A stretch of DNA of 64,000 bases from the human T2T-CHM13v2.0 reference genome, Homo sapiens, in assembly GCF_009914755.1 (NCBI RefSeq), contig NC_060926.1; one strand, given 5' to 3'. The stretch's first letter is position 1. Each line of letters opens with the position of its first letter. Made by a program: the position numbers and the translations under genes. Positions 30,133 through 44,149 of the stretch are shown in pieces. Under the pieces are notes generated by a model. It was not told the origin of the DNA, did no database searches, and worked only from the letters and a program-made list of their open reading frames with translations.

Positions 30133-30414
30133 TTTTTTTTTAGAGACAGGGTCTCTCTCTGGCACCCAGGCTGAAGGGCCACTGCACCTTGACTCTTCAG
30201 CTCAAGTGATCCTCCCTTCTCAGCCTTCCTAGTAACTAGGAATACAGGTATGCACCACCATACCTAGCTTTTTTTTTTTTTTTTTTTAATTTTTTGTAGA
30301 GGAGGGTTCTCATTATGTTGCCCAGGCTGGTTCCAAACTCCTGGGCTCAAGTAATCCTGCCATCTCAGCCTCCCAAAGTGTTGGGATTACAGGTGTGGGC
30401 CATTGCTCCTGGCC
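30133..30414 (-). mobile_element. AluJ
   Basis: agagacagggtctc...ctgggctcaagtaatcc...ctggcc. Confidence 0.9.
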
Positions 30415-30598
30415 TTAAATAACATATTATACCAAGATAAAAATGTAAGACCAATTTGTATTTTTCCCACCTAACAAATGACATTAAGGCTCTTCAGTTA
30501 ATTTAGAAACAGTTATGTAAAATACAATGATTCATCACAAATCATTTATAAAGTTACCTTTCATGTTGAATTTTAAGATTACACATACATCACATTCA

Positions 30599-30880
<282 letters not shown>

Positions 30881-31898
30881 TCAAAAATACAGCGGAAAAG
30901 CTATTTTCATGACCTGATATTTGAAATTTTAACTTTTATACTTTTAAAAAACCTAGCTGGCTTGTTTTTGTAATTTTCATATTTCTTTTTAAGCAACTAT
31001 ATATGAGAAAAAGTTTGCAGTCCTGGACTGGTAGATAACTCTTTGAATGTGTAAAGTCTTTTATTCTCCAAAAATGAAGAACCAAATTTGATTTCATCAC
31101 ACTGCATACTATGTTTTTTACCATTATTTTTAGAGTACTAAAGACATCTTGATATGCTACATAACAATTTTATGAAACGAGTACAATTTACACACTTAGT
31201 AATAATTGTCTTGAGGCAAATTTATAGGATTATCATCCTTATTCTCCTTAAGTTGTCATGTATCAATTATCAGTGACTCTTATGGTTTGTTATTCACCAG
31301 TGGTTTATTTGAAATTGTTTAATAGAGAAAGTCACCAAACTGATTATGATTTCCAGCTGAGTGATAAATCTGAGCAACTGACAAATCTCCCAAACTAGTC
31401 AACTAATATCTGAAAGTTTTCCAATTAATATATTTTAAGTAAAAAAAAAAACCATATTTTTTAAAAGATAGTATTAAAAATATGATTCCTTCATTAAGGA
31501 TATAAATCCTCTGGAACAATTTACAAAATCATGTAGGAAAATGCTAAATAATGTTGCTCTTGGCTTGGAATACAAAGTTTAAAGAGAGACTGATACTTAC
31601 TTTGATACTAAAATATCAAACTTCAAGAAACAGCTTATATTATCTTGCAGTGATCAATGCAGTATGTCACTGATATCCAAAATCAAGTTTTACAAAATAT
31701 CCTCCTATTAAAAAATAAAATTCATCTATAAGAAAAACTACCTAAATCTCAGAAACAGGCAGACATTATTACTGAGTGTTCTTTCATGCAGTGGTGGGTT
31801 TGTATCTTTGATTGACTCTCTATAGACTGATCAGTAGGTATTAAGCTCTGTAGGAGTAGAAGTTAACTTGTAGATTCTGTTTAGAACAAAGGCAAATA

Positions 31899-32197
31899 GG
31901 CTGGGCACGGTGGCTCATGTCTGTAATCCTAGCACTTTGGGAGGCCGAGGCAGGTGGATCACAAGGTAGGAGTTCGAGATCAGCCTGGCCAACATGGTGA
32001 AACCTCGTCTCTAGTAAAAAAAAAAAAAAAAAATTAGCTGGGCGTGGTGGTGCATGCCTGTAATCTCAGCTACTCAGGAGGCTGAGGCAGGAGAATCGCT
32101 TGAACCTGGGAGGCGGAGGTTGCAGTGAGCCAAGATTGCGCCACTGCACTACAGCCTGGGCAACAGAGCAAGACTCCGTCTCAAAAAAAAAAAAAAA
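31899..32197 (+). mobile_element. AluS with a pure poly(A) middle linker
   Basis: TSD agaa(c/t)aaaggcaaata. Confidence 0.93.
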
Positions 32198-35100
32198 GAA
32201 TAAAGGCAAATAATTGTTGTCTAACGAGATTGATATATTTCCGTCCAGTGGAATAAGAGACAACCTCAAAGTTTATAACTTATGGATCTATAGAACAATA
32301 ATTAGTTTTGTATCTAATTTGGTTGGCAATCTTTTCCTATAAAAACCTGCAATTCCTCAAATGCTCTTTGAACCACAGCTTACAAATTACTAGTAACCTC
32401 ATTTATCAATGAATTGAATAATGTATTTGACTTATGCTCATTTTATATTTGCATTAGAGTCATGATTTCACCTTTAGGAAAACGACACTTTAACATATGC
32501 TTTATCAATTTAAGAATGTGGAGTGGATGAAATTCTGACTTTCATCAACTATTTTCAAATAGCCATCTCCATGAACATTCTAATATTTATGCGTACCATT
32601 AAATTTATGAAGAAAAACATTACTAGTTGCGTTCAAAGTAGCTATCATTTTACTAAGCAGAAATCTAAATCTCAAATCTATCCTCACATTACCAAAGAAA
32701 TCTGAAATCTAATAATCAGCATAAAGGGAACAAGAATAAAAATATGTATATTATATATATATATAAAAGAAGGAAAAAAAAAAGATCACTACCCTGCACA
32801 AGCATTTCAAACTTTTGCTAAGTCCTTTCAAAGGCAATACAAAACATAAAGTTTTAAAAATAAAGCCCTACATAAATATTACTTTTCCCCTTCATTTTAT
32901 ACATGCTAGAGAAGTTAAGACAAGACAAATTAAATGACTAAACCACAATATTGTATTAACTAGCACATATCATGGTTCAACAAGTTTGAAGAGAAAGGTA
33001 TTTACCATATGGTCTTTAATAAAACATTTGTGCAGGTTTTCTTTAATCTCAAATTTTAACTTGCAGAAAGATTAAAAACTTGTTTCTCTTTTACTCTCAT
33101 TATTCCTTCTGTAACTATAATACTTATCCTTTCCTAGTAAAACATTCCCCAAAAACCTACCACTGAAACTTGCATTTTGTAGGCACTGAGATGGTTTATT
33201 ATTATTTCACTATTGCTAAGAATGTGCGTGCAAGATCCAGAATGAAAATCTGCCTTTGTATGTATTTCTGCACTTAGTAAAGATTCATGTGTGTATATAT
33301 GTTCATACACATACTATTTTGATGTGTATGTCTGCTTGTACCTGTTTGTTGAAGAATATTTTTCTCACTCAAGGAAAATAGGTTTCTATAAAAACTGGAA
33401 AGAATCAGAATAAATGGAGCCAGGGGTGTTCTTGAAAGAAGAGCATCATGGAAGTCTTTGGTCCTGGATCCTACAATTATGTATAGTCTCAAAAAAGAAC
33501 ATGATTAGATCCAGTATTAACAGGTAAGAGAATAAAGCAATTTAGAATGGGTGCTGGTTAACATTAAATAAACAACACTTTAATGAGTGACAAAAAAGGA
33601 GAGTGGAGATCCCTTTGATAATTAATCTCTCCATTTGAGGACAAGATTAATGCTAGTATGACCTCAATTTTATCTTGTCATTAGACAGAATATAGACACT
33701 ATCATCAAACCAGCAAAACCTATCATAGTCACCAGGTACAATGCTGCTGAAGGATACGAAGTACTTGAATATAATATCTGAGTTGCTAAAAAGGAAAATG
33801 AACAGGTAGGTATCTATGTCAGAGATAGGAAGGATATACAGAGAAATATTAAGGTTAGCAATGAGAGATGAATATTCAATTCCTGATGAAAAACATTGGA
33901 GGAGTGAATAGTAAGGAGGTTACCTAGAAGAAAAAATTTAGAAAGTATCATGGGCAAGAAAACAAGAAATCATGTGGGAACAAGGTGTCACCAAAATGAC
34001 CACTGGGTGTATACTTGATGAGCATTGTGGACAGCTGGTAATAAATCTTTGTTGCAGATAATTTAATTTTAAGGTAAAACATACATTTATGCTTACAGGA
34101 TCACCACTACTCTTAACGAAGTTTTTAAAATATTTTTTTAAATATTTACAAACACAGGCTTAATTACAACAGCCTAAATTATCCAAAATAATACCAAGAA
34201 AAATAATTTGCAATTAAACGAGCATCTATGTTGGATTTAATTATATAGAGCTCTAAGTCTCATTTAATGGATAGTGTTGAACTGCCCCCTTAAAGCCGGG
34301 TTTGCCTGGCAGCGTATTAACCAGCATTTGAAATTACTCTCAACTCATTAGGAAATTGGGCTTTTAATAAGTGCCTAGCGCTTTCTTGAGAAAATATCCT
34401 AGCTGAATCTCTTCAATGTCTAAGAAAACATATTGATATAAGAAGTTTTAATGCTTCTGTTTTAAAACAACAATCTATGACACCACATCAAGGTAGACAG
34501 AAATTCTGTCTTCTATTTTATCCTCCAAGATGCAGGGTATTTAATCACTATTAATTTCTATAACATAAGACCCAACTACCAGAGCATCTCTGAGCAGATG
34601 CCTATTTAGTTTAAGCAGGATGTGACAGGTGCCTCATAAAAGGGATCTTCCGTGGTACCGGGTGTTCACAGCTTTAGTTTCGGCTATTTACCCCTGGTTC
34701 ACTTTGCATTGTCTCAGAGCAACATTCCCTGCATGCCCCAGGCCATGAACTGCAGACCTTACTAGCTGGCTGAAGTCTTCACTCACCATGCTCCTGACTC
34801 TTGAAGCAACATTCAGACCTCCTGGCTTCAGCTTTTACTTTCTTCCCTCACTATGCTTTTGTCTCTTTTTGTTGGGGCATAGTTTTCCAATCAACTACCA
34901 GGGCAACACCCTTCCTAATGTGATCCAGCAGCCTTGGTCATCTTCCCTTACATTACTGGCACACATCCTTCCACAAAGTCTACATAATAGTCAAGTCTAC
35001 CAATGACAAAAGTTGAAGAGAAAAGTGGGAAAAAATTCTGGCATCTACTTAGGATGTAGAAAGTTGGAAAGAGCATGGCTCCAACTCTTACATAACAATG

Positions 35101-36909
35101 ACCAAAAAAAATGCAAGTTAATCTGAAAAACCACAACTTTTCTGAAGCCACTGGAGAGCTAAATTCACAAGGAAACCAATTAACCTGGAATCTAAGGAAA
35201 GATCTGCATCTTCAAGAAGATGGAACTGGAGTACTTGCTTACCTGGGAAAAATGCCAGACCTGATGCCAGCCAGGTAGGAATTTAGGTTAAAATTTTTAA
35301 TGAATCACTAAGGCCAAATGTGGGCTAGTGTGAAAGTACAGAACCCATGGGAAGTATAGACACAAGAATTCATACTCACTTGGAGGCTGAATCTCTAGAG
35401 GAAAGATCTCTGCAGGAGTCATGAGAAAGACTGGAAATAAGAGGAATAAGAGATTTGAAAAAGCCTCTCTTGGAGCACAAGCCTGGGTGAGGGGAAGAGC
35501 AGCCACTAATGGAAAGGCATGAAGCACAGCCCAAAATCTTCAATGCTATCTCTCCTATGAAAAAAAAAATCTTAGAGTGCTGCGGAAAGGACTGAAAATC
35601 CTGCTGACCTTAGAGGACAACTGAAGTCCCACCACAGGTGGAAGAAGGGAAAAGAAAAGACTATCACAGGGGAGGGAGTAGACCCAGGAATATATTATAA
35701 ACCCGAACTATCATAGGTTCCCAAAACTGGGGGAGGGGCAACATTACCCACTAGGCTGAGGGACACAGAGCCTGCCTAAGATTGAGGCTGAATAAGAACA
35801 ACAGAGAATGCCTCTCTAACAAATACTGAATAACAAGGAACAGCAGCCTATTGCTGAGAGTCAACTGTATACAGAAAGACTTTCTCTGAGGCGCAGGTAC
35901 AAAGGAAAGACCTAGAGCAGAGGGTAGAACAAATAATGAAAAAGCAAAATTCTCTGGCAAACCAGCCCCCATCTTCAACACAAAGTAACTCTAGAGAAAT
36001 GAGAAGCCTGTGGTGCACTGAGGAAAATAATAGCAACAACAAAATCCAAAGCCAACTCAATTCCTGGTTAGAACTCAACCCTTCTCTTATGCTATCAAAA
36101 GCCTAGGAAAAGGGCAAGATGAGCCCATGTGCAGGCACAAATACTACCTACACCTCAGTCTTTACTGTCCTAAACAAGATGTCTAACATTCAATAAAAAA
36201 TAACAAGGCACACACAAAAAAGGAAGGAAAATGACCCACTGTCAAGAAACAAAGCAAACAACATAAGTGGAGTAAGACAGATGCAGATATAGGGACTATC
36301 AGATAGGAAATTTAAGATACTGATGCTATAGAGAATGAAAAATAACATGCAAGGACAGACGAGGAATTTCAGCAAAGAGATAGAAACTCTAAAGAAAAGT
36401 CAAATAGAAATGCTACAAATCAAAAGCATGGTAATTTTCAATGGTCTCATCAACAAACTTAACACAACCAAGGAAACAAAGAGTGAACTTGAAAATGGAT
36501 CAAGAGAAAATACCTAAACTGAAACACAAAGAGAAAGACACAGGGATAAAAATAAAACAGGAGACCAAAGAAAATGGTGAGAAAATTTCAAATATTTTAT
36601 CATACATCCAAATGGAGTTCCAGAGGAAACAGAAAAAGGGCAGATAAAATATTTGAAAAGAGAATGTATAAGCATTTTCCAAAATTGATGACAGACATCA
36701 AACCAGGTATCTAAGAAGTACAGAGAACACTAAGTGGAATAAATACCAAATAGAACACACAGAGATACAGCAAAATAAAACTGCTAAAAACCAAAATCAA
36801 AATGAAAAATCTTGAAAGTGCCTGAAGGGGGAAAAAAAGGCAAATAACATACACAGAGGACCAAAGATATAAATAACAGCGGCCTTCTTGTCAGTGACCA
36901 TTACAATGA

Positions 36910-37248
<339 letters not shown>

Positions 37249-37268
37249 TGAGAAAGCACTTCTAAATA

Positions 37269-37696
37269 CAGTTGACCCTTGAACAACTCAGGACTGAATT
37301 GCACAGGTCCACTTATAAGGGAGTTTTCTTCTGCCTCTGCTACCCCTGAGACAGTAAGACCAACCCCTCCACTTCCTCTTCCTCCTCAGCCTCAAGACAA
37401 TGAGAATGGAGACCTTTATGATGATCCACTTCTACTTAATAAATAGTAAATATATTTTCTCTTCCTTATTATTTTCTTAACATTTTTTCTCTAGCTTATT
37501 TTATTGTAAGAATACAATGTATAATACATATACAAAATTTGTGTTAATTGACTGTTTATGTAATTAGTAAGGCTTTTGGTCAATAGTAGGCTATTAGCAT
37601 TTAAGTTCTTAGAAAGTCAAAAGTAAGTTAGACACAAATTTTCAACTGCACAGGAGGTTGCTGGCCCTAACCCCTGCATTGTTCACAGGTCAACGG
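37269..37696 (+). mobile_element. Tigger2a (MER28)-like MITE
   Basis: Terminal inverted repeats cagttgacccttgaacaa / ttgttcacaggtcaacgg; TA on the left flank. Confidence 0.85.
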
Positions 37697-38891
37697 CATG
37701 ATTAAAGTGCTGAAAGACAAAAAAAAAAACTTGAAAATAATTTTCAAAACTAAAATAGACATACAGATTTTCTTTAGGCAAACAAAAAATGAGACAATTC
37801 AATGCCAACACACCTGCACTGCAAGATACATTAAAAGAAGTACTTTAGGCAGAAGGAATGTAACACCAGACAAAAAGATGAATCTCCAAAAAGAAACGAA
37901 GAATGCCAGAAATGGCATAAATGAAAGTAAATATGAAATTAATTTAAAATTTTTAATTGCTGTAAAAGAAAACAGATTATCTGTAGCAAAAAAATGCAGC
38001 AATGTAGTGTTTGTTTATAGCACAGTAAAAGTGAAATGCATAACAATAATGGGATGGAAGTATTGGAGATATACTGTTTTAAGGTCCTTCTATTTCATGT
38101 GAAGTGGTATAATTGAAGGTTAGACTGATTATTAAAGACGTATACAGTAAACAGTAAGGTAACCATTAAAATAATTAAGAGACATAAATTACAAGCCAAT
38201 AACGGAGTGAGGTGTAATTATAAAAAATACTTAGTCCAAAGGCAAAAAAGAACAAAAAACCCCATAAAATCTAGCAAGATGGTAGATTTTATAAACTATA
38301 TCAATAATTGCATTAAATATAAATAGTCTTACCCATGAAAAGACAGAGATTGTTAAACTGGATATGAAAGCAAGATCCAACTATATGGTGTCTACAAAAA
38401 ATTCATTTTAAATATAAAGAAGTTAAAAGTAAAAGAATGGAAAAGATACAACACACTAACACTAATCAACAGAATGCTGGAGTAGTTATATTAATATCAG
38501 ACAATGTACATTTCAGAGCCAGATATAGTATCAGGAATAAAAACATTCAAAAATGATAAATTGGGCCCTACTCACCAAGAAGACATAGCTATCCTAAATC
38601 TTTATGCAATAAACAATAGAGCTTCAGAACACATGAAGCAAAAACTGACAGAAATAAAATAGAAATAGTTCCACATATAACAGTTGGAGGTTGCAATATT
38701 CCTCTTTCAGTTATTAAAAAAACAGGCAGACACAACATTACCATGGATAGAGAAGACCTGAAAAACATTAAGAATCATCTTGACAGTTACAGAACACTCC
38801 ATCCAACAACAGAATACTTATTCTGGGAATCACCAAGATAGAACACATAGTGTGTCACAAACCAAACCTTAAACTTAAAATGACTGAAGTC

Positions 38892-39183
<292 letters not shown>

Positions 39184-39628
39184 CCTGAAGTCATAAAATA
39201 CATATTCTTGACCATAGCTCACAAACATTAACTCAAAATAGATCACAGATCTAAATTTAATGACTAAAACTATACAACTTTTAGAAGAAAATATCAAGGA
39301 CAATCTTTGTGACCTTGAGTAAGGCAAAGATTTCTCAGATTATGACAACAAAAGTCTGATTAATAAAAGAAAACTGTTTCTCCACCTGTGAAATCAGAAA
39401 GCAAAAAAAAAAAAAACTGAAAAAGAGGACTTCATCATAGTTAAAAAAATTTCTTGAAAACTGTTAAGAGAATGACAAGGCAAACAATAGACTAGGAGGT
39501 AATATTTGTAAATTATGTGTCTCATAAATGACTTCTATACAAAATACATAAAAAACTCTCAAAATCCAGTAACAAAAAAGACCTTATTTTTTTTAAAAAA
39601 TAGGTAAGAGATTTAAACTGATACCATC

Positions 39629-40230
39629 TGTGATACTGTGATATAAGAAATATGCATTTGCTCTTTGTCCCCGGTTCCTGGCACAGAACTCCTGAAACCC
39701 TTGTAATTCCTAGGTGACAGGAGCATCCTTTATTACAGTATTTGGTCTCAGTCCCCAGTTATCGACACAAGAGTTACAAGATCCTTGGCATTTCTGGAGT
39801 GATAAGTGTTTTTTTGGATGTTAGTAAGATGAGTGGTGGCTGTGGGCCTCTAAACAGATTCAAGATGAAGGCTTGTCACCAAAAAGACCAAGGCATAATT
39901 AGAGAGTTGAAACTTTCATGGCCACTCCTCTCCCTCCAGGGAAGGGAGAGAGGCTGGAGACTGAGTTAGTTAATCACTAATGGCCAATGATTTGGAGAGT
40001 TTCTGGGTTGATAAACATGTACACAGGCCATGAGGGTGGTGCACCCCAACTCCCTAGGGTTCGAAGCTCCTGCGCTCTGGATCATTCTAGACCTTGCACT
40101 TTGTGTATCACTTCATCTGGGTTGTTCATCTATATTCTTTATATAAAGCCAGTAAATGTTAGTAAAGTGATTCCCTGAATTCTATGAATCAATATACCAA
40201 ATTACTAAACCTGAGAAGGGGCTTGTGAGT
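39629..40230 (+). mobile_element. MER21-family LTR
   Basis: tgtgatactgtgatataagaaatat...ccccggttcctggcacaga.ctcctgaaacccttg matches the MER21 5' end. Confidence 0.75.
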
Positions 40231-41311
40231 ACAGAAACAGTTTTCCTACCACCAGTCAGGGGCTAGAAATGGAGAAGTTAACTATAGGAGCATATAGGGG
40301 AATTCTGGGGGTGAGGAGACACTTCCTGATTTCTTGATTGTGGTTTTATATGTTTTGTCAGAACTCTCAGAACTACACACTAAAATGAATTAATTTCACT
40401 GCACGTAAATTATAGCTTAATTTTTTTAAGTAAAGAATAAAACCATGTATTTTTAAGAAATTTCAAGCCATCTCCTTTAAGAATAAACTAAGTTTTCTCA
40501 AATCTTTCTATCCAATATACATTAACAACCTTTTCTCCATACCAAAAATACACTGATATTGACCTCGGTAAAAATAAAAATGAGTGTATAGCATGGCAAG
40601 TTCCAAAATGAATCTTTATTATCTGACTGTAAGCATTCCAAGGGCCTATATTATACCAGGTTGGAGTTAGTCTTTGTATTCTTCAAAGTTCCCACACTTT
40701 ATTTAGACAATGTAAAGTCTGTTATTTATCAACTCTCCTACTGGGAAGTTGAGAATTAACAGGTGTGGAAGAAAGAATATGACAAACTGCTTAGATTTAC
40801 ATTCCATCATAGTGCTTTTTTCTAACCTACAGTAAGATGCACTATCACACAAGGAAAGTAAAAGAGAGAAATAAAAAGTCAGTAGGAAAGAATGGATAAC
40901 TGTGTTCATGTATTAAAACTGGCCAGATACTAAAAAATAATTATGACATGTCACAAAAAATAGACTATAATTTCAACTCCAAAATGTCCAGGATTTCCTA
41001 GTATTTGTTAAATTTCCTCTCCATAATGCAATAAAAAAATTTAAATACAAAGGTTCTACTTATTCAAAGAAGTTAACAAAGAATGATACAATTGAAAATG
41101 GAAAACAAGAAAGCTTTCATGATCTTTAACAAAATATCATACTTCATTCAGCAAGTATCCAAATGCTGACCATATACTAATTATTACTTAGGCACTAATT
41201 AAGCATTCCTTAAGCACTGCTTAGTAACCAATGCTGAACGGTCAAAAATAATTTCAGTAAAATACTATTTTTAAAGATATAATGGACTTTAAAAAAAGAG
41301 ATTACATTTAC

Positions 41312-41425
41312 CTCAAAGCCAAGTCTATCCTTCTCCTTCCAAAAACAAAAATGCGTTACTTTCTTATCCCAGAATTCATCTGGCTTTACCACACAAACAA
41401 GGGACACCTCAGCTGGAACAACATT
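41312..41425 (-). CDS. SESTD1: SESTD1 coding exon 4 ([38 protein letters not shown])
   Basis: tattttatag|AATG...GAG|GTAAAT; 114 nt; phase 0-0; overlaps ORF-track entry 41210..41407. Confidence 0.96.
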
Positions 41426-42039
41426 CTATAAAATACAGAAAAATAATTACAAATTACACATGTAAAATGAATAATTTACTAAATTTATAAATTACCAGAC
41501 AGTCAAGATTATGCTACATAAGAGATTTTTGGAGAAGAATTAAAATAATAAAGAAGAAATTCTCTAGACTTCAAAACATACATGGCAATAAAGAAGAACT
41601 TGAAAGACAAGGTGATTCAGAAAATACTTCAAATAAAAAATGCAGCATAAATTGTACATGTGAATTACTTTTTGTTTTACTGAATCTCTGTACTAGGAAT
41701 ATGTTTAGCTTAAACTGTAAGAGTTAATTTTTAGTTGGGAAATTATTAAATTTGATTTTTCTACAGTATGAAAAATTTTTTCTAACACAATCATCTTGGA
41801 GAATTTCTTCAAAAGACGTAAAATCAATTTTCTCACTAAAATAAGTTTTTTATCAGTCATTATACAATGAGACCAAGATTTTACATGATTATTAACTTGA
41901 AGAAGAGGACAAAAAGCTAATCTTTGACGAATACAATTTCACATTTACTTGATATGGTTACTTATACTACCTAATGAACTGAAATGAACATTTATGGAAT
42001 TAATAAATATTTCACATATATTTTATCAAGTCCTATAGA

Positions 42040-42705
42040 GTCTAACTTTAAAATGCATCTTAAATCCAACAAGTTCTACCGCCTGCATTGTTAACAACGC
42101 CAAACTATCCAGCTTTCTGAAATATCATCATTACAAGGCTCCTTGCTTGACTTTCTCTTGCACTCTGAATGAAATTCAAATCTCTTACCAAGACCTACAA
42201 GGCCCTTCAAGCTCAGGCCCCTGTTGGCCTCTCAGATCTCATCTTACACCTTCCCCTGCTAGCTCACTCCTCCACAACAGCTCGCTGCTCCTGCAATATG
42301 AAAAGTCTGTTCCACTTCAGGTCTTTGTCCATGCTATTTCCTCTATCTGGAATGCCCTTTGCCTTATACCTAGGAGTGCTCCCTCAGTTTATTTAAGATT
42401 CTATTCAAATATTCCCTCTTCAGAGAGGCCTTCCCTGTCTACCCTACCTAAAGTGGCATCATCTGACTCAGTCTCTTTCACTGCTGTATTTTTCTTCATA
42501 GCATTTATCACCATGGGCTGTTACGTTTGCTTAACTGCTTATTGTCTAACTCTTCAAGTAGAATATAAAATAATAAAGATAATAAAACCTTCCCAATGGC
42601 AGGTACCTTATCTATCTTGTCACCCCTATATTTCCAGTGTTTATGACAAATATCTCACATATATAATAGAACACATGCTATAAATATTTGTTAAATAAAT
42701 GAATC
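42040..42705 (+). mobile_element. L2 3' end
   Basis: cttcagagaggccttccctg.ctaccctacctaaagt...aaatatttgttaaataaatgaat tail. Confidence 0.8.
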
Positions 42706-42874
42706 CTCATTACTAAGTAGATCTCATTCTCTTAATTTTACAGGAGAGTAATTTGAGCTTCAGAGAAACAAAGTCACTTGTCTAAGATAACAGAGTTAAA
42801 AAGTCATTGAGCTGAATAGAAACCACCTCTGTCTGACTCTAAAGTTCTACTACACTACTTCATATGCTCTGAAC

Positions 42875-43065
42875 CTGGGTTCAATACATTCTTTCCGAAA
42901 GGTCCAGATAATAAGTTATTCCAAGCTTTGCAGGCCATAATGTCTCTATTGCTACCACTCGGTTCTGTCAGGATAGTATAAAAGCAGCCACACACCACAC
43001 AATATATAAATGAATGGGAATGGCTGAACTCCAATAAAACTTTATAAATTCAAGGGCCCAACCTC
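42875..43065 (-). mobile_element. MER58A-like
   Basis: gctttgcaggccata..gtctctattgc...aaagcagcca...ccaataaaacttta. Confidence 0.7.
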
Positions 43066-43889
43066 TGTTCTAGACCATAAATTGCAGCACTGAATAATTA
43101 TAATAATAATTACTATTATTACTATTCAGGGAAAAATGGAAAACCTTTGGAGGTAAACATGCACACATCATAAATCTAGCATCCTCTGCAACAACTGGAT
43201 TGTGACTAAGGTAAGTAAAATAAATTCAATGATATCAAAACTTTTACCAGAGGGGCTGGAAAATTTAAGATAAAATTGAGCTTTATTCATATATTGCCTT
43301 GTGGAAGATTATTATTTCAAAATCATTGAATATGAAAGCTGTGAGAAAGAAGAGAAACCACACCCCTCATTTTAGAGAATACCAGTTATAGGCACTGTGG
43401 GGTCCCAAACAGCTGGTCCCAGTACCTTCGGAGATGAAAGCAATGAATGACTTCATATGTAGAAACTGTTTGACTAGAAGTAAAAAGGCCATTGCAACTT
43501 CTGAAAATGTTAACTATTAATAAATCCAAAAGTTGTTAAAATACCTATCAGAAAAGAAATCGCAAGAGGGGATTAAATCATCCATTGATTGTTCTTCAAA
43601 ACTGCCACTGATCAAAGTCCAGTTCAAACAGCAAGTCCCAAACAGCTCATCTGTGACACAGTTGAAATGACAGGATGAAAGGAAGAACACAAGGTCATAA
43701 TTAATGGATTTCTTACCTAATAGTTATTTTAACAACTTTCACAGAGAAGAGTTAATTCTCAAGGCTTGAAATATAAAAGTGCTGGAAGCACTTTTTTTTC
43801 AAAGAAAAAGTTATTTTAGGACACCAATTTGTGCTCCCTTAAACTGATCCTGCGGAGGCTATGTCCTTTCTAACCCAAAGAGTGATTCT

Positions 43890-44149
43890 AGCCTGTAATC
43901 TCAGCGATTTGGGAGGCTGAAGCAGAAGGATCACCTGAGCTCAGGAGTTTGAGACCAGCTGGAGCAATATAGTCTCTACAAAATAAAAAAAGTAGCCAGG
44001 TGTGGTGGCGCTCGCCTCCAGTCCCAACTACTCAGGTGGCTGAGGCAGGAGGACTGCCTGAGCCCAGGAGCTGGAGGCTTCAGTAAGCCATGCAACTGCA
44101 CTCCAGGCTGAGTGACAAAGTGAGTCCCTGATATAAAAAAAAAAAAAAA
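43890..44149 (+). mobile_element. AluJ (5'-truncated, with internal deletions)
   Basis: gcctgtaatctcagc...cctgagcccaggag...A tail. Confidence 0.88.

Noticed and set aside
33340-33490. Possible cryptic exon (several AGs and donor CAG|GTACAA on minus)
   Set aside because: Weak donor, ambiguous acceptor and no other support.
42147-42683. Longest ORF in the track (178 aa)
   Set aside because: Lies within an L2 3' end, has a non-ATG start and no recognisable domain.
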